Of a DNA stretch of 64,000 nucleotides, positions 24,518 to 35,309 are shown piece after piece. The stretch comes from Anthoceros angustus. Taxonomy: Eukaryota > Plantae > Anthocerotophyta. The notes under the pieces were generated by a model. The model saw only the letters and a list, made by a program, of their open reading frames with translations. It did not search any database and had not been told where the DNA came from. The translations under genes were made by a program, and so were the position numbers. The DNA lies in contig VJWM01000044.1 in NCBI GenBank assembly GCA_010909165.1, forward strand, positions 620,001 to 684,000, written 5' to 3'. Within the stretch, counting starts at the first letter, position 1; every line of letters starts with the position of its first letter.

Positions 24518-25466
24518 CTAGCCTACAAAGCTAGGTGCAATAATCATCTCATCATCTGAACCATCTGTGCCATAATCCACAGGAGACTCAAATGATCTCA
24601 TGCTGACTGAAGGGGAAGAGTCTGAAATTTGCTCCCATGAAGCAGGTTTAACAGACTCCGAACTGAAAGTCTTCCCACCAGAGCGAGGTGAATTTCTGGC
24701 CTTTCTCTCCTGGTAGGAGATCTTCTCCTTAGTCTCCTGGCTCTCTTCTTCATCAAGGCGTTCCTCAGACCCTGTCGAAGTGAGTGGGAGCAAGCACACA
24801 AACATGGTTAGGTACAGACACAAGGATACAAGCGGGGGCTGCAGAAATGAGCTTGTTCAAGCTAAATAAGGCAACAGGGAAGATTGCCACAAATGATTCG
24901 CAACTTCGCGAACCGAACGTGTTTGTCAAAGCACAGGAAATTCGGACACGCGTGTATCATCTTGAGACTGTGGTTATGCACTTGTACCAAATTGGGCTTC
25001 CGGCACGAGCCGAGCCAAGGGTGACTATTCTCGTCTCCGACAAAATACCTTTGGGCTCAGGAAATCTGGGTGGTGCAGGAGGGTGTGGTTCTCCAGAGGC
25101 ATGAAACTCACCTCTCTCACACTGGGCATCAAATGTAGCTCGAGCTGAAACAACAGTGCTGGGGTGCGGGGCAGCGGTGTGGACCTCCCATTTCAGCTCT
25201 TCTGCGAGGCCGTGGCCTCGCTGCTGCGACGATGGGTACCATGGCAGCTCCTCAAGCACAACTTTTGTTGTTCCTTTAGGCCTGACCCTAGGGCAGCCCG
25301 GCCGCCAGTTGCTCACTTTCTTTGCCCGCCGCTCGCTCTTCACTTCAGCTCGTGCGGAGGAGGCAGTCGTTCTAGCCGCAGGTGCGAACCTGCCTAGAGC
25401 ATCCCTCTGGTAGACACGGCGCTTTGCAGGTGAACTCAGATCGGCAGACTCAGAAGATGAAGACAT
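24518..25466 (-). CDS. Antisense extra ORF of copia B between RNase H and PPT (two open segments: 25466-24957 and ~24770-24518)
   Basis: MSSSSESADLSSPAKRRVYQRD...EELKWEVH...FDAQCERGEF...PRFPEPKGILSETRIVTLGS, then an acidic/Ser-rich segment SEERLDEEE...DGSDDEMII. Same peptides in unit 2 (53802..54152). Confidence 0.45.
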
Positions 25467-25725
25467 CCTGGCTAGGCACCTCAGTATACGCTCCAGGACT
25501 CGTGACAGAATGAAGACGGGAACGTAAAAGCAAGCTAATATGCTCATGGCACACCTGTAAGGGACCGCCTTCACACAGAGCTGTTTCATTACGCTCTGTT
25601 GGGGCCGGTTGCCTGGGGTTGTCAACCTGGTACACACACACGCACTCGAGCTCAATAGCTGCAGTCTTCACAAGGTGCTCGCGGAGAAGAAGACTGTACA
25701 CTATGCAATAATCAACAAGTGGGAG

Positions 25726-25980
25726 TATTGAAGATAGGGTGTTGAGTTATTACATAGAGTTTTAATATATCTGGTTATATAGTATGTGTATATATATAGC
25801 TTTATTTAAATAGCTTACCCTTTCATTAGGGTTGCGTCCCTAGGCCAAAGGTCATGTCTCTTGGCTACTAGAATAAGTCTAGTTGCTACAATTAATACTC
25901 ACTTATGTCTTTATGCACATATATACAATAATGTAATTGATAAATACTCAATTGGTTTGCACCATTATCATATTTCCACA
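25726..25980 (+). repeat. 3' LTR of copia B (unit 1), termini TATT...CACA
   Basis: Directly follows PPT GTGGGAG and is followed by TSD AGATT (25981-25985). Confidence 0.9.
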
Positions 25981-28092
25981 AGATTCTCCTATAGCTGGGC
26001 ATGCCTGGTTGCTTGCTGCGCCGTCCCCATCGCGAGGTCGTCCAGCCTGGCCCTGGCCGAGTCTCGTGAAGCCGTTAAGGCAGCTTCCGCTACCTCCTGA
26101 AGTCGTTGCCTCTCCTTGGCGCGCTCCTCCTGCTGCTGCTTTTGCAGCTCTGCCAACTTTCCGGCCATGGACCGGAGTTCTCCTTTTGCCTTCCGTAGGC
26201 GGATCAGCTTCTTCCTTTAGAGCCCTCTCCGCCTGCCATTTTCTCCTTCAGGCCGCCATATCCAGCTTCTAGCCTTGTAACTCCGGACGCCAAATGTCGA
26301 GCCTTGTTCCAGCTGGCGACGTTTTGCTCCTCGGCCACGGCTGACTCTCCTCCGCCCTCCAGCAGAGCTGGAGTCACTCTATCTCCCGCTCATGATCCTC
26401 AATTCGTCCTTGGAGGAGTCCATTCCGTTCTTCCACTACCCAGAGTCACAGCTCCAGAGTCTCTTTCTAGCCCTCCAACTCTTGGCGCTCTCCTTCCAAA
26501 TCCTGGAGCTACAGTCGGAGGTCCCCCAACTCTTTGGCGCTCGCTTCCATCTCCTCACCACGGGCCACGCAAGCTTGCTTTGCGGCCGCCGCCCGCCTTC
26601 GTGCTTGCTGGCCGCCCGCCGCCTCCCTCCATCTATTCCTATCCCGACTAGTGGTCCCGGTCTTGGCGTGCCTCCTCTCGCCCCTTCACCGAGCCTCCGG
26701 CTTGCCCTCCGCTTCCTCTCTTGCCACTTCCCTTCTCCGTCATAGGTCCTCCGCCTTGCCTCCGCCTCTCTTGCCACTTCTCCGGCCATAGGTCCTCCGC
26801 CTTGCCTCCCGAGCATGCTTCATTGCTCAGATAGCCGAGCACCTTGGCCCTGTCCTGCTGGGCGGACCTTGCCTCTGTTTCGACGGTTCGGCGCTTCTCC
26901 TCCTCGACCCTAGCGAGGGACTCCGCCTTCCTCTTAGCAGCTTGTGCTGCCTCCCCCTGGCCTTGGAGCTCCACCATTCGCCTTCGGGTGGCCTCCACTT
27001 CTTGGGTCTTCTCTCCTGTCCCGCAGAGTCCCCAAAGCATGCCGTCCATGACGGCCACCAAAACTCGCCGTGTCTCCTCCACGGCCACCGCTAGAGACCC
27101 CAAGAAGTCCGGCTGAGGCGAGGGCCTCCCGGTCCGTTAAGGACCGCGATATCAGGCCCCGAGCGAGTCCGGATTAGGGACTCCTTACTCAATCGGGACC
27201 TCGTCCTGTCCGCCCCAAGCCTCCACTTGGCTCTTTTCGCTAGCTCCTTCTCCGCACGCTCGCTTGGGGTCCGGGAGGAGGCGAGGGAGTCAGAATCGCC
27301 CGCTTCCCCTGCGTAGGGGATAAGACGTCGGGGTTTTGCCAGGACTGCGCCTTGGCGGCATCATGTTCCACCCTCCTCACCGCCTCTTCGCCTCCTGCCA
27401 CCTGGCAAAGGTGGGCACCGAGCCGCCCTTGGGACGGAATTGGGCGCCTGCTTCCTCTTCTTCGCTTCCTCCAGTCCGCTCAGGCTTGGCGGCTTGGTTC
27501 GGGCGGGTTGCGGGGCCGGACGAGGGCTACCATCTCCATCCCCGCCGAGTAGCCCCCGAGGATGGCTGCTCGTGGGGAACCAAGAGAAGGGAAGCGGGAA
27601 TATCCTCCCATACTTCCTTGGAGGAGAGGGGTCCGCCTCCACGATGGAGTCCGGAATTCCCTCCCAGGCCTCGTCTTCTTGGGTGCGCCTTGCCTTGGGC
27701 GGGCGGCCCTTCGATTCTCGCTCTTTCCTCCCGCTCGCCTTGGCAGAGTCGCCAGCCCTTCCGGGCGCCGCTCCTCCTCCCTTCCTTTAGAAGGTTGAGG
27801 TGTCCCCACATGGACAATCAACGAGACAACGCCAACGAGGGTGGCCTGCTCCTCAACTTCCTCGACTCCCAGACACACGAGCGAAGATGATCCGCCTCCA
27901 ATCCGCCCTCTTGCCCCTCTAAAGGGCGTGTAGGAAGACCGCTGGTGACCACATGGGTACTGCACTTCTGAAAGGAGTGTTTTTTGTTTTGTGTTTAAGT
28001 TGTGAGAATCGTGTGGAGTTGGAATGTGAAGTAGGTTAGGAAATAAGAAAAGTCTACTAGAGCCTAGTAGGAGGAAGAGAGTCTAGTCCCGA

Positions 28093-30075
28093 TCCCGGAT
28101 GTAACCTTGAGGGTTGGTCTCGGCCGGTTGCTAACGCAGTTGCTAGGGCCGTTGCTAGCAGGACTGTTGCTATGATGACAACAACCGACGGAGCCTGCTA
28201 TGGTAGCAACCAAGTCGGAGTTATTTTCCGATAAATTCGGAAACCTATTTGGGCGAAATCACAGGAAATACCCGAACGGGAAGTAACAGGGGAAACATGG
28301 AGGTACTTGATCCATGCCTTGACGGGCACCGGATCCTACCTATGGGTTGGACTCTTATGGAGGAGACTTTCACCGACCCATCCAGGATTCAAGAGCTCAC
28401 CGAGGAGGAGTACTGTGCTATGTCATGAGCACAAGAGAGGGAGGAGTCCAGCCGAGGAGGTGGAGATTTTGTGGGAGAGTTTGCCCAACCAGCCAAGAGG
28501 GAGGAGAGCAAGAGGAAAGCATGGGGATAGGAGGCCTAGGAGGCCTAGGAGAGATAATAGGGGTAAGTGACCTGAAATAGTCAGGCCCATGTGCTATAGA
28601 TAGATCAGAATCTTATCTTCTCTCTTAGTGGATGTAATTAAGAGATAGGCCTCTAGGACTGTAGGCTAAGACCGATTGGTATTTTTGGCAAGCCAAGCTA
28701 CTTTTGTAATGATCTTGGGTATAAGAGGCAGCCCTCTTGATGAAATGTAAGCAATGTTGGTTTAAGGTCTTGGTGTTTAATGAGCACGGGGTTTGGGGGT
28801 ACCAGATCCAAAGGTCGTAAGTCTAGACAATGCTTTGTCACAGGAGAAGCCAAGAAGACCACTGTTGCCTAGATCGTGGCGGATCCGCAAGGGTGGTGGA
28901 AAGCAAGGGAGGGAGCCTTGAGGTCTCCTTGGAGGGAGTTTCCAAGGTCAAGAGGAAGGGGTTGTGAAGCCGGGAGGCTGTCCAGACTCTTCCTCATTCC
29001 CTTCGCCTAGTCTAGTACTCACCTTGTGTTTTGAGTTTCGTGTGTTGGAGGTCGGGTGTTTGGGAGAAGAGAGGCGGGAGCCCGTGTGTGAGGAGAAGAC
29101 AAGGCGGGAGCCTGTGTGTGGAGGAGAAGTCAAGGAAAGTCAAGTGAGTTGGAGGCCCGTGGGCTTGTGTGTTTGGAAAATGAGAGGAAAAGTGAACTGT
29201 GAGAGAAGTGGAGAATCTGGACATGGAGAGTTGCTGATTGGCTGTTTGAGAGGAGTAAGAAGGACTGAGAAGTCTGTAAGTGATGTTTGTGTTGAAGAAG
29301 AGAGCCGTGAGTGGAGGTTGAAGATCCGTGAGTGGATGGGACGGAATGATTGCGGGGTAGCAACAAGTATTTTGAGAGTTGGTGAAGTGCTGTAAGGGCC
29401 TGGATGAGAACCTTGTAAGGACCGGAGAGGTGCCGTGAGTCAGTGAAAGTGGAGATTGAATGGGGCGGTGAGGTGTGAGAACAAGGAGAGTTGAAGAGAG
29501 TTCTTTGGGAGACTTGGAGAGTGTGGGGAGGATCATGAGAGGCACCTCAAGGGGCTGTGAGAGCCTGGAGAGGTCTCAGTATGGAGCTTGGAAGGTGAGC
29601 TGAAAGGCTGGAGGAGAGACAAGGAAGTCTCAAGAAGTGCCGCAAGAGAAAGGGGTAGTTTGTGAGCTGCAACCCTTTATGCCGTGGAGTTGTCCTAGGT
29701 TTAGGTTTAGAGATTAGGTTAGGGCCGGCCGCTTAGGTTGTCCATAAATAGTGTGTGGAAAAGGTGACACGTGGCTAACTCGATTGGTGGATCTAACTTT
29801 GTGGATAGATAAGAGAGGGTGTCCAACCTTATCCACTTGGATCCCCAAGTGGGTCCCACCTTCTATTAATAGCCGACCGATCCCAAGGTGGACCCCACTG
29901 CTAAAATAGAGGGTGGTTGCTAAGATAGCAACCGGTCTGCTGCAAGGTAGCAACAGGTCAGCGTGGCTAAGATAGCCAGTCCGAGTGTTGTTAGGATAGT
30001 AGCCCGTCTCAGAATCGCTAGATGTTTGGTGTGTCTGTGTTTGGTTGGATTGGCTATGTTTTGGTTGTCTTGACA
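28093..30075. mobile_element. Partial ~2-kb purine-rich LTR-like element (one TGACA terminus at 30075; other end lost)
   Basis: Compositionally distinct block with repeated TTGCTA motifs, short tandem GGCGGGAGCC(C)GTGTGTG repeats and hairpin CCACTTGG-N4-CCAAGTGG. Abrupt boundary ...GTCTTGACA in both units (30075, 58893). Confidence 0.45.
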
Positions 30076-31353
30076 CGAAATCACTCCCTTGGGTACGAAT
30101 ATCAAGTCTACAACGATGAAGAGGGTAAATGTGGCCTCTTTGTGACCACTTGGTTTAGAAAATCACTCCACAAAGACCAACAAATTGTCACCAAGGTGGT
30201 CTACCTTGGTGAGCATGTTCCAAAGGGACGATAATCTTACATCGCCTCACTCGGCCGATCCAAAGAAGTCCGACATGAGTCATTTGTTGGAGGACCGCTG
30301 CGTCCCCGGCCTCAAGAGGGCCACCTTAGAGGTCTCCACATTCCCCTTCACCTTTAGGGGCTCCGGCACTACGCCCCCTACCTCCTCTGCTGGGCGATCA
30401 TAGACCGCCCTAAGGACTTCCACAGTCCACCTCCTCGGGTCCTCCCGCAAACTCTTAGAGCGGACAAACTTGGTGGCCGCCGCCAACATCTTTCGGGCGT
30501 ATTCCCGGACCAACGCCACGCTATCAAAGGTCCGTACTGCCTAGAAAATATCTAGGTGCCACTCCTACACCAACTCCTCCACCTTGGCCAGCCAGGGATC
30601 AAAATCAGGGTAGCACCTTGTGACGATGTTCTTCTCTACCAGGCGCCAGGGCTCCCATACCTCCGCCGCCTTCTTGGGTCCCATGCTTGCACTTGGTGAT
30701 CACGAGGGATGGTGGGCAGGATACTCCGCCAAGTTCAAGTGATGAGCGCAGCTCAAGGCGGTCACGCTTGGCGTCAAGAGAAGGCGCCAAAGAACGGGAT
30801 GTCTGAGCGCGAGCGACCGCGAAAACTGCTGAGAAGATGGTCGAGAGAATGGCCTTCCTCGGAAGGCCGAGTAATCCGGCGCTGGAGACGCCTCGCCGCC
30901 AAGAATCGCCAGAGTCCTGCATCGTGTACTCTAGCTTTATGTCGCCGCCTTCTTGGCGCATGTCCTTGGGTCGTGGTTACCTGCCTATAACGGCCACGAC
31001 AACTCGCGGTCCCGTCCTCATGCCCGCCCTCCTCTCAAAGACCGTACACGTGGCCCTCTTACCTATTACGCTCCACCTCTTTTTCGCAGTTACCTTTCCC
31101 ATCGAACTTACCGTGTTCTACTCCGGAGTTTAGTCCAGAGTAGCCTACTCCGGAGCTTAGTCCGGAGTGGCCCACCCGGAGCGTCCCGCGTACCCGACCC
31201 CATCTCCTTCTGCCGTCCATCGCCATTGTCCATCGCCATTCCCCCTATTCAATCTTATTTCCCTGTTTCCGCCTTATTTTCCACCCACACACTAACGAAA
31301 ACCAAAAAAACTGCCTATTACCTTGCTAAGGGGAGTCCACGCTTCCTTGTCCA
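30076..31353 (-). mobile_element. Third, truncated relative of the GC-rich TG...CA family, inserted in copia C RNase H
   Basis: Terminal region ...CCGCCTTATTTT...AAAACCAAAAAAA..CCTATT...AAGGGGAGTCCAC...TGTCCA(CA) mirrors the reverse complement of 7495-7580. Shares GCCGTTATAG and the SRSLA peptide. Confidence 0.6.
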
Positions 31354-31912
31354 TGGATCCATGCAAACCGCCATAGCACTCTTCTCCACCGAATTTGAGT
31401 ACATGGCTGCGATGCTTGCCACCAAGCGCATTGTTGACCGCATCAGGCTCCTTGATGAACTTGGTGTGATGCATGAGAAGCCAGTGGTCATCAAGATAGA
31501 CAACCAATCTGCTCTCGCTCTTCCCGACAACCCGAAGTTTAGTTCCAGGTGCAAGCACATCGATCTCCAATATCACTATGTGTGCGAGAAATGTGCATCA
31601 AGAGACGTGCGACTCGAGCATTGCCCGACAGAGCTTATGGGGGCAGACATCTTGACTAAGAGCCTGCCTCGTGACAAACACCTAGTCCGTATAGCCCTAC
31701 TAGGAGTTAGTGGTCTTCCTTATCAAGATGATAAGCTAGCCTAACATACTTAGCCTGAGGGGGAGTATTAGAATATCAGTCTAGTTAAGTTAGGCTATCC
31801 TCCTACTCCAAGAGTCACACCCTTTCGAGGTGACTATAAGAGATATTGTAACCAAGTACAATTATTTAATCATTCTTACTTTCTCTCCTCATGTGTTAGC
31901 ATCACACCCACT
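31354..31912 (+). mobile_element. Ty1/copia family C 3' end (RNase H, PPT, ~145-bp 3' LTR starting TATT at 31766)
   Basis: QTAIALFSTEFEYMAA...IDNQSA...KHIDLQYHYV...ADILTKSL (stop 31744). PPT GAGGGGGAG at 31757-31765. Confidence 0.85.
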
Positions 31913-32272
31913 AATCCTATATGGCGGAAAGTCGCTAGGATCCGGAATGGCCGTTGAGAAAAGTTATGTGCACTTGGCCGCTATGGCAAAAAGTTATGCA
32001 CTGCTTTGTTCCTTTAACAATCGGTTGCGAATCTACATCATGTGCAAGGCAAACCAACTCGCACTATTGCTTTAGATGTTGATGACAACTTTATCTTCGC
32101 TAGTGATGAAGAAATACTTTCAAGATCAAGTCACTCCTTTCCGAAGAGTGGGACATGACTACTGTGGGACCTCTTCACTTTGCTCTTGGTATTCAATTCC
32201 ACTTCAACGTGATTGATTCCTCTATTATCCTGCATCAAAAACACTTCGTCAGGAAAATTCTAACTATTGTCT
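31913..32272 (+). mobile_element. Ty1/copia family D RT fragment (host of copia C)
   Basis: LYGVKQSARIWN...IALDVDDNFIF...WDMTTVGPLHFALGIQF, clearest in ORF 61005..61460. Confidence 0.8.
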
Positions 32273-32436
32273 AACATTTTTTTGTTGGTTGTTGTCTATA
32301 GTTTTACTCTTTGCCATCTATCCAACATGCAAAAAGTTTGATGATTATGTTGAAGTCATTTGAAACTTGCTAGCTGGACTATATGTTAGAACCTCGAGTG
32401 TAAAGGATTATCTTTACAACCGGATTTGCAAGTCCA

Positions 32437-32586
32437 TGGGATATTAAGCTACCTACTTCAGAGTTTGATTTTCAAATTTTTGGATGATGAAAGAATTATG
32501 GAAAGTGATGGTTGGGATATTAAGCTACCTACTTCAAAGTTTGATTTTTAATTTATTAGATCATAAAAGAATTATTGAAAGCGATC
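32437..32586. repeat. Two-copy ~76-bp tandem repeat (TGGGATATTAAGCTACCTACTTCA...)
   Basis: Copies at ~32437 and ~32513, and again at ~61621 and ~61697. Confidence 0.7.
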
Positions 32587-32786
32587 TTTGTTTGAAAGCA
32601 ACATGTGATTGTACAAAATAGCCAGATCCTTTGGGATTCCGAAGAAAAATGGGGATCAATGATTTATGGATAGGTAGTAAAGGGCATGACTAGCTAGTGC
32701 AAGAGACGTTACAAAGCAACACCAAGAGGGCCTTGGATGTGCGAGCTGTGCAAAAAATGTTCAACATGGAGAAGCTGCTGCCATCC

Positions 32787-34249
32787 TTATTGGAACGGCA
32801 ATATTTGGAGTTCGACGCTCGCAGAGAGCCACCTAAGTGCGGGAGGAAGCCATTCGTCGCCGTCAATGTAACTGAATCCAATGAAGGGCGCAGCCTGGGC
32901 TCTGGTGAGCCTTCTCGCCCACGTGGGCCAACTGGCGGTGCCGGCGCCCGGGCCAAAGGTGGCGTATTCTCCGTAGAAGACAGTCCTGCAGGGGGAAGGC
33001 ACCATCAGCCCGCATTCTCGCTGTATGCAATTCATGCTGGTGAAGCCGATTAACTCTGGGGTTCGATTTCCCCCCGGGGCAGCGAGCGGACTAGACTCCA
33101 AGACATGAGGGATGCAATTCCATGCAAAAGCTTGCAATCTCGGAATCAAAGTCCGACTTACTTGTCGCGGCCAGGAGTGTTCCAGTCGTTCCAGCCGGTG
33201 GGAGTGATGATGTCGGCGATGAAGGTATAGATGTAGACAACGCGGGAGTAGGGGCCCCAGGCGCGGCCGAGGTAGAGGACCCGGAACCCGTCACGACGCA
33301 GCCCACGAAGGAGAAGCCGCCGGCATCGGTCGGGGTGAGACGTTTCTGGGCGGTGAGCGAGCCGAAGGTCTTGGCGACCGAGTGGAGGTGGCATTTACGA
33401 TAGAGCGAGCGGCCGTCGCCGAAGATGAAGTCGATCGATCCCTCGATGTAGCTGTTGTAGAAGTAGTGCCTGCCCTGGTGATCGTAAAGCGTGTCCTGCC
33501 CGCCCACGACGCTCACGTTGTAGAGCGCTGCTTTGTCCCCGCTCAGCCTGAGCGCCACCGCCTGCTGCCCCACGGCCCCCGGCGCCTGCAGCGGCGCCGA
33601 GTTCCGGAAGCTGATCCCGGCCGCCACGAAGTTGTCGGAATTCACCGCGAAGGTGGCGCTGCCGAAGGTGCTCAGCACCTTCCCGCCTCTCTTGCTGGAG
33701 GCGGTGTCGCCCCACACGATCTCCGTCGTCCTGGCGTCCTCGCCTCGCAGCGTGACGAAGGGCGTGCTGCTGGGGATGATCACCTTCTCCTGGAACGGTG
33801 CAGCTCAGGTCAAGTGACGGGACGCAAGAACGCGGAATCGGCATTGCGGTGCGCTTACTTGTAGGATCCGGGCTTGACAAAGATGGTGACGCGCCGGGTG
33901 TTGCCCTTGGGGACGGCGTCCACTGCCGCCTGCACCGACCGGAAGTTGCCGGAGCCGTCCAGGGCCACGGTGATGAAGGTGCTGAGCGTGGGGAGGTTTG
34001 GGCTTGGCACCGCTGCCGGCGAGCGACCCGGTGTCGCCGTCCACGCTGTCCAGTCCAGGATTCTGGGAGAAATCGTAGACTTGCTTCTCTCCGCTTTGGA
34101 TGGCCTTGAGCCAGGCCTGGTAGTCCGCATCCGGGTCGTTGGCCAGAGGAGCCCCGCACGCACACGGCCATGGAGATGGAGATGGCCAAGGCCGCCATCA
34201 GCAACGCGGTCGCCCGCATTCTCAACCCGACATTCGTCGATTTCTCCAT
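32787..34249 (-). CDS. PME: Pectin methylesterase copy 2 (chimeric); exons 34249-33859, 33789-33162, 32985-32787
   Basis: ORF 33091..33783 carries QQAVALRLSGDKAA, GQDTLY and GSIDFIFG, with YLGRAW in the adjacent frame. Same GT-AG introns (33858-33790, 33161-32986). Confidence 0.93.
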
Positions 34250-35309
34250 GGCGGTCCCTGGACTCCGACTGAAATCTCGTCGGAATGGTCAGCTCCCGGT
34301 ACCGACTGCCTCTCCTCCGATGTGGATTGCCCAGGATGAAGCTGGAGAGGTGGATGAGGACAAGCATTGCTCCAGCGTTCCTTATAAGGCGAACGGCATT
34401 CGCAAGGAAACAGTGGCGCAGACACGCATTATTTGCTACAGCCTCCCAGCTACAGGCTAGACTGTTGCGCGCGGCAACCACCACACTCTGCTTGATCATG
34501 AACGTTCGCTGGCCAGGTTGCCTGGACACGATTTTGGTTTGTTTATTGCTTGATGCTCAAGTAAGTTGCTAGACAGTGCACAAGTAGCACCGGCCCTGCT
34601 AGCTCCATTTTCACCGGCTAAACTCTGTGGTCCCGGGGACCGGGGACCGGGGACCGCCTACTAATCGGGACTGGCGGCCCTTCATCCAAACTAAATGCTG
34701 TGTGGCTAAACAGTGCACAAGTGGCACCGGCCCCGGTGGGTAGTCTGGTGAGCCTTCTGGTTAGCACGAATCCTAGCCAGCTAGCAGAAATTGGTTCACG
34801 TCTGTGTTTCCCCAGACTTATTCTTTTCCCCAGACTTTTTCTTGTGTGTCGAGGGTACCTTCAAAATTGAATCCTCGCCAGCGGGCTCCATTCACGCGTG
34901 CTTGAATCGCATCACACTAATTATAAGTTGAAAATGTGCGCTACTCTTCATGTGTATGGCGTACCAAAAAGGGACAGGGTAAATAAAGACCTTTGTTTTT
35001 TTAACGCGGAAAAGAGGATTTTATTACAAAAAAGAGATGGGAAAAACCCATCCACCCAAAAACAAAGGGGGAAAAACCCAATGAAGGGCATAAAGCCAGG
35101 GGGACTAGCCCCCACGATCATGCGTTTCAAAACTACTAACCGCCCGAAGAACTTCGTGGTCAGGGATGTGAAAAGGCCTACTTACCACCGGTGTCGGAAG
35201 TCGCATCTCCGTGCTCATTTGTGGTTCTATATCTAGCTAACGCCCTCTGAGCGATGGAAACCCTCTCAAGAAAGCAACAATACAAGAAAGGCTAACTTTC
35301 TTGCGGCTA

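Larger units (their letters stand above)
12559..25980 (+). mobile_element. Ty1/copia family B, both LTRs present, degenerate; integrase core deleted; contains CACTA-like insertion and a 3.86-kb internal duplication
   Basis: LTRs ~12559-12819 and 25726-25980 (255 bp). PBS TGGTATCGAGC at 12820. Gag from ~13841 (F.G.DYDIW..RM, LKMKEGESIE), zinc knuckle ~14540, protease WFLDTCATMH ~14733, LWHARLSH ~15125, RT IEPQS.EEA / NGTWEL, RNase H ORF 24087..24521. PPT GTGGGAG at 25719-25725. TSD AGATT. Confidence 0.92.
11650..28092 (-). mobile_element. Second member of the GC-rich TG...CA family (segments ~11650-12555 and 25986-28092), split by copia B
   Basis: Shares peptides with element 7495-11287 in opposite orientation: EKELAAKRAKE, VEETRRVL, VLRAHVEEAIQ[LQ]VDSDF[TA]YYH. 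Minus-strand start T(C)G(T/G)GACTAGAC at ~28092 resembles TGTGGACTACGGAC. Confidence 0.7.
646..32634. repeat. Segmental tandem duplication unit 1 (~32.0 kb: PME gene plus nested TE block)
   Basis: The anchor ccgaagaaaaatggggatcaatga occurs at ~651, ~32639 and ~61822, and all internal landmarks recur in the same order. Confidence 0.9.

Noticed and set aside
30953-31744. 263-aa ORF as a single gene
   Set aside because: Chance in-frame fusion of the GC element terminus with copia C RNase H, and not open in unit 2.
31949-32005. 24-bp tandem duplication in copia D RT (EKKLCALGR/GKKLCALG)
   Set aside because: Real in both units but ordinary slippage in a dead element.
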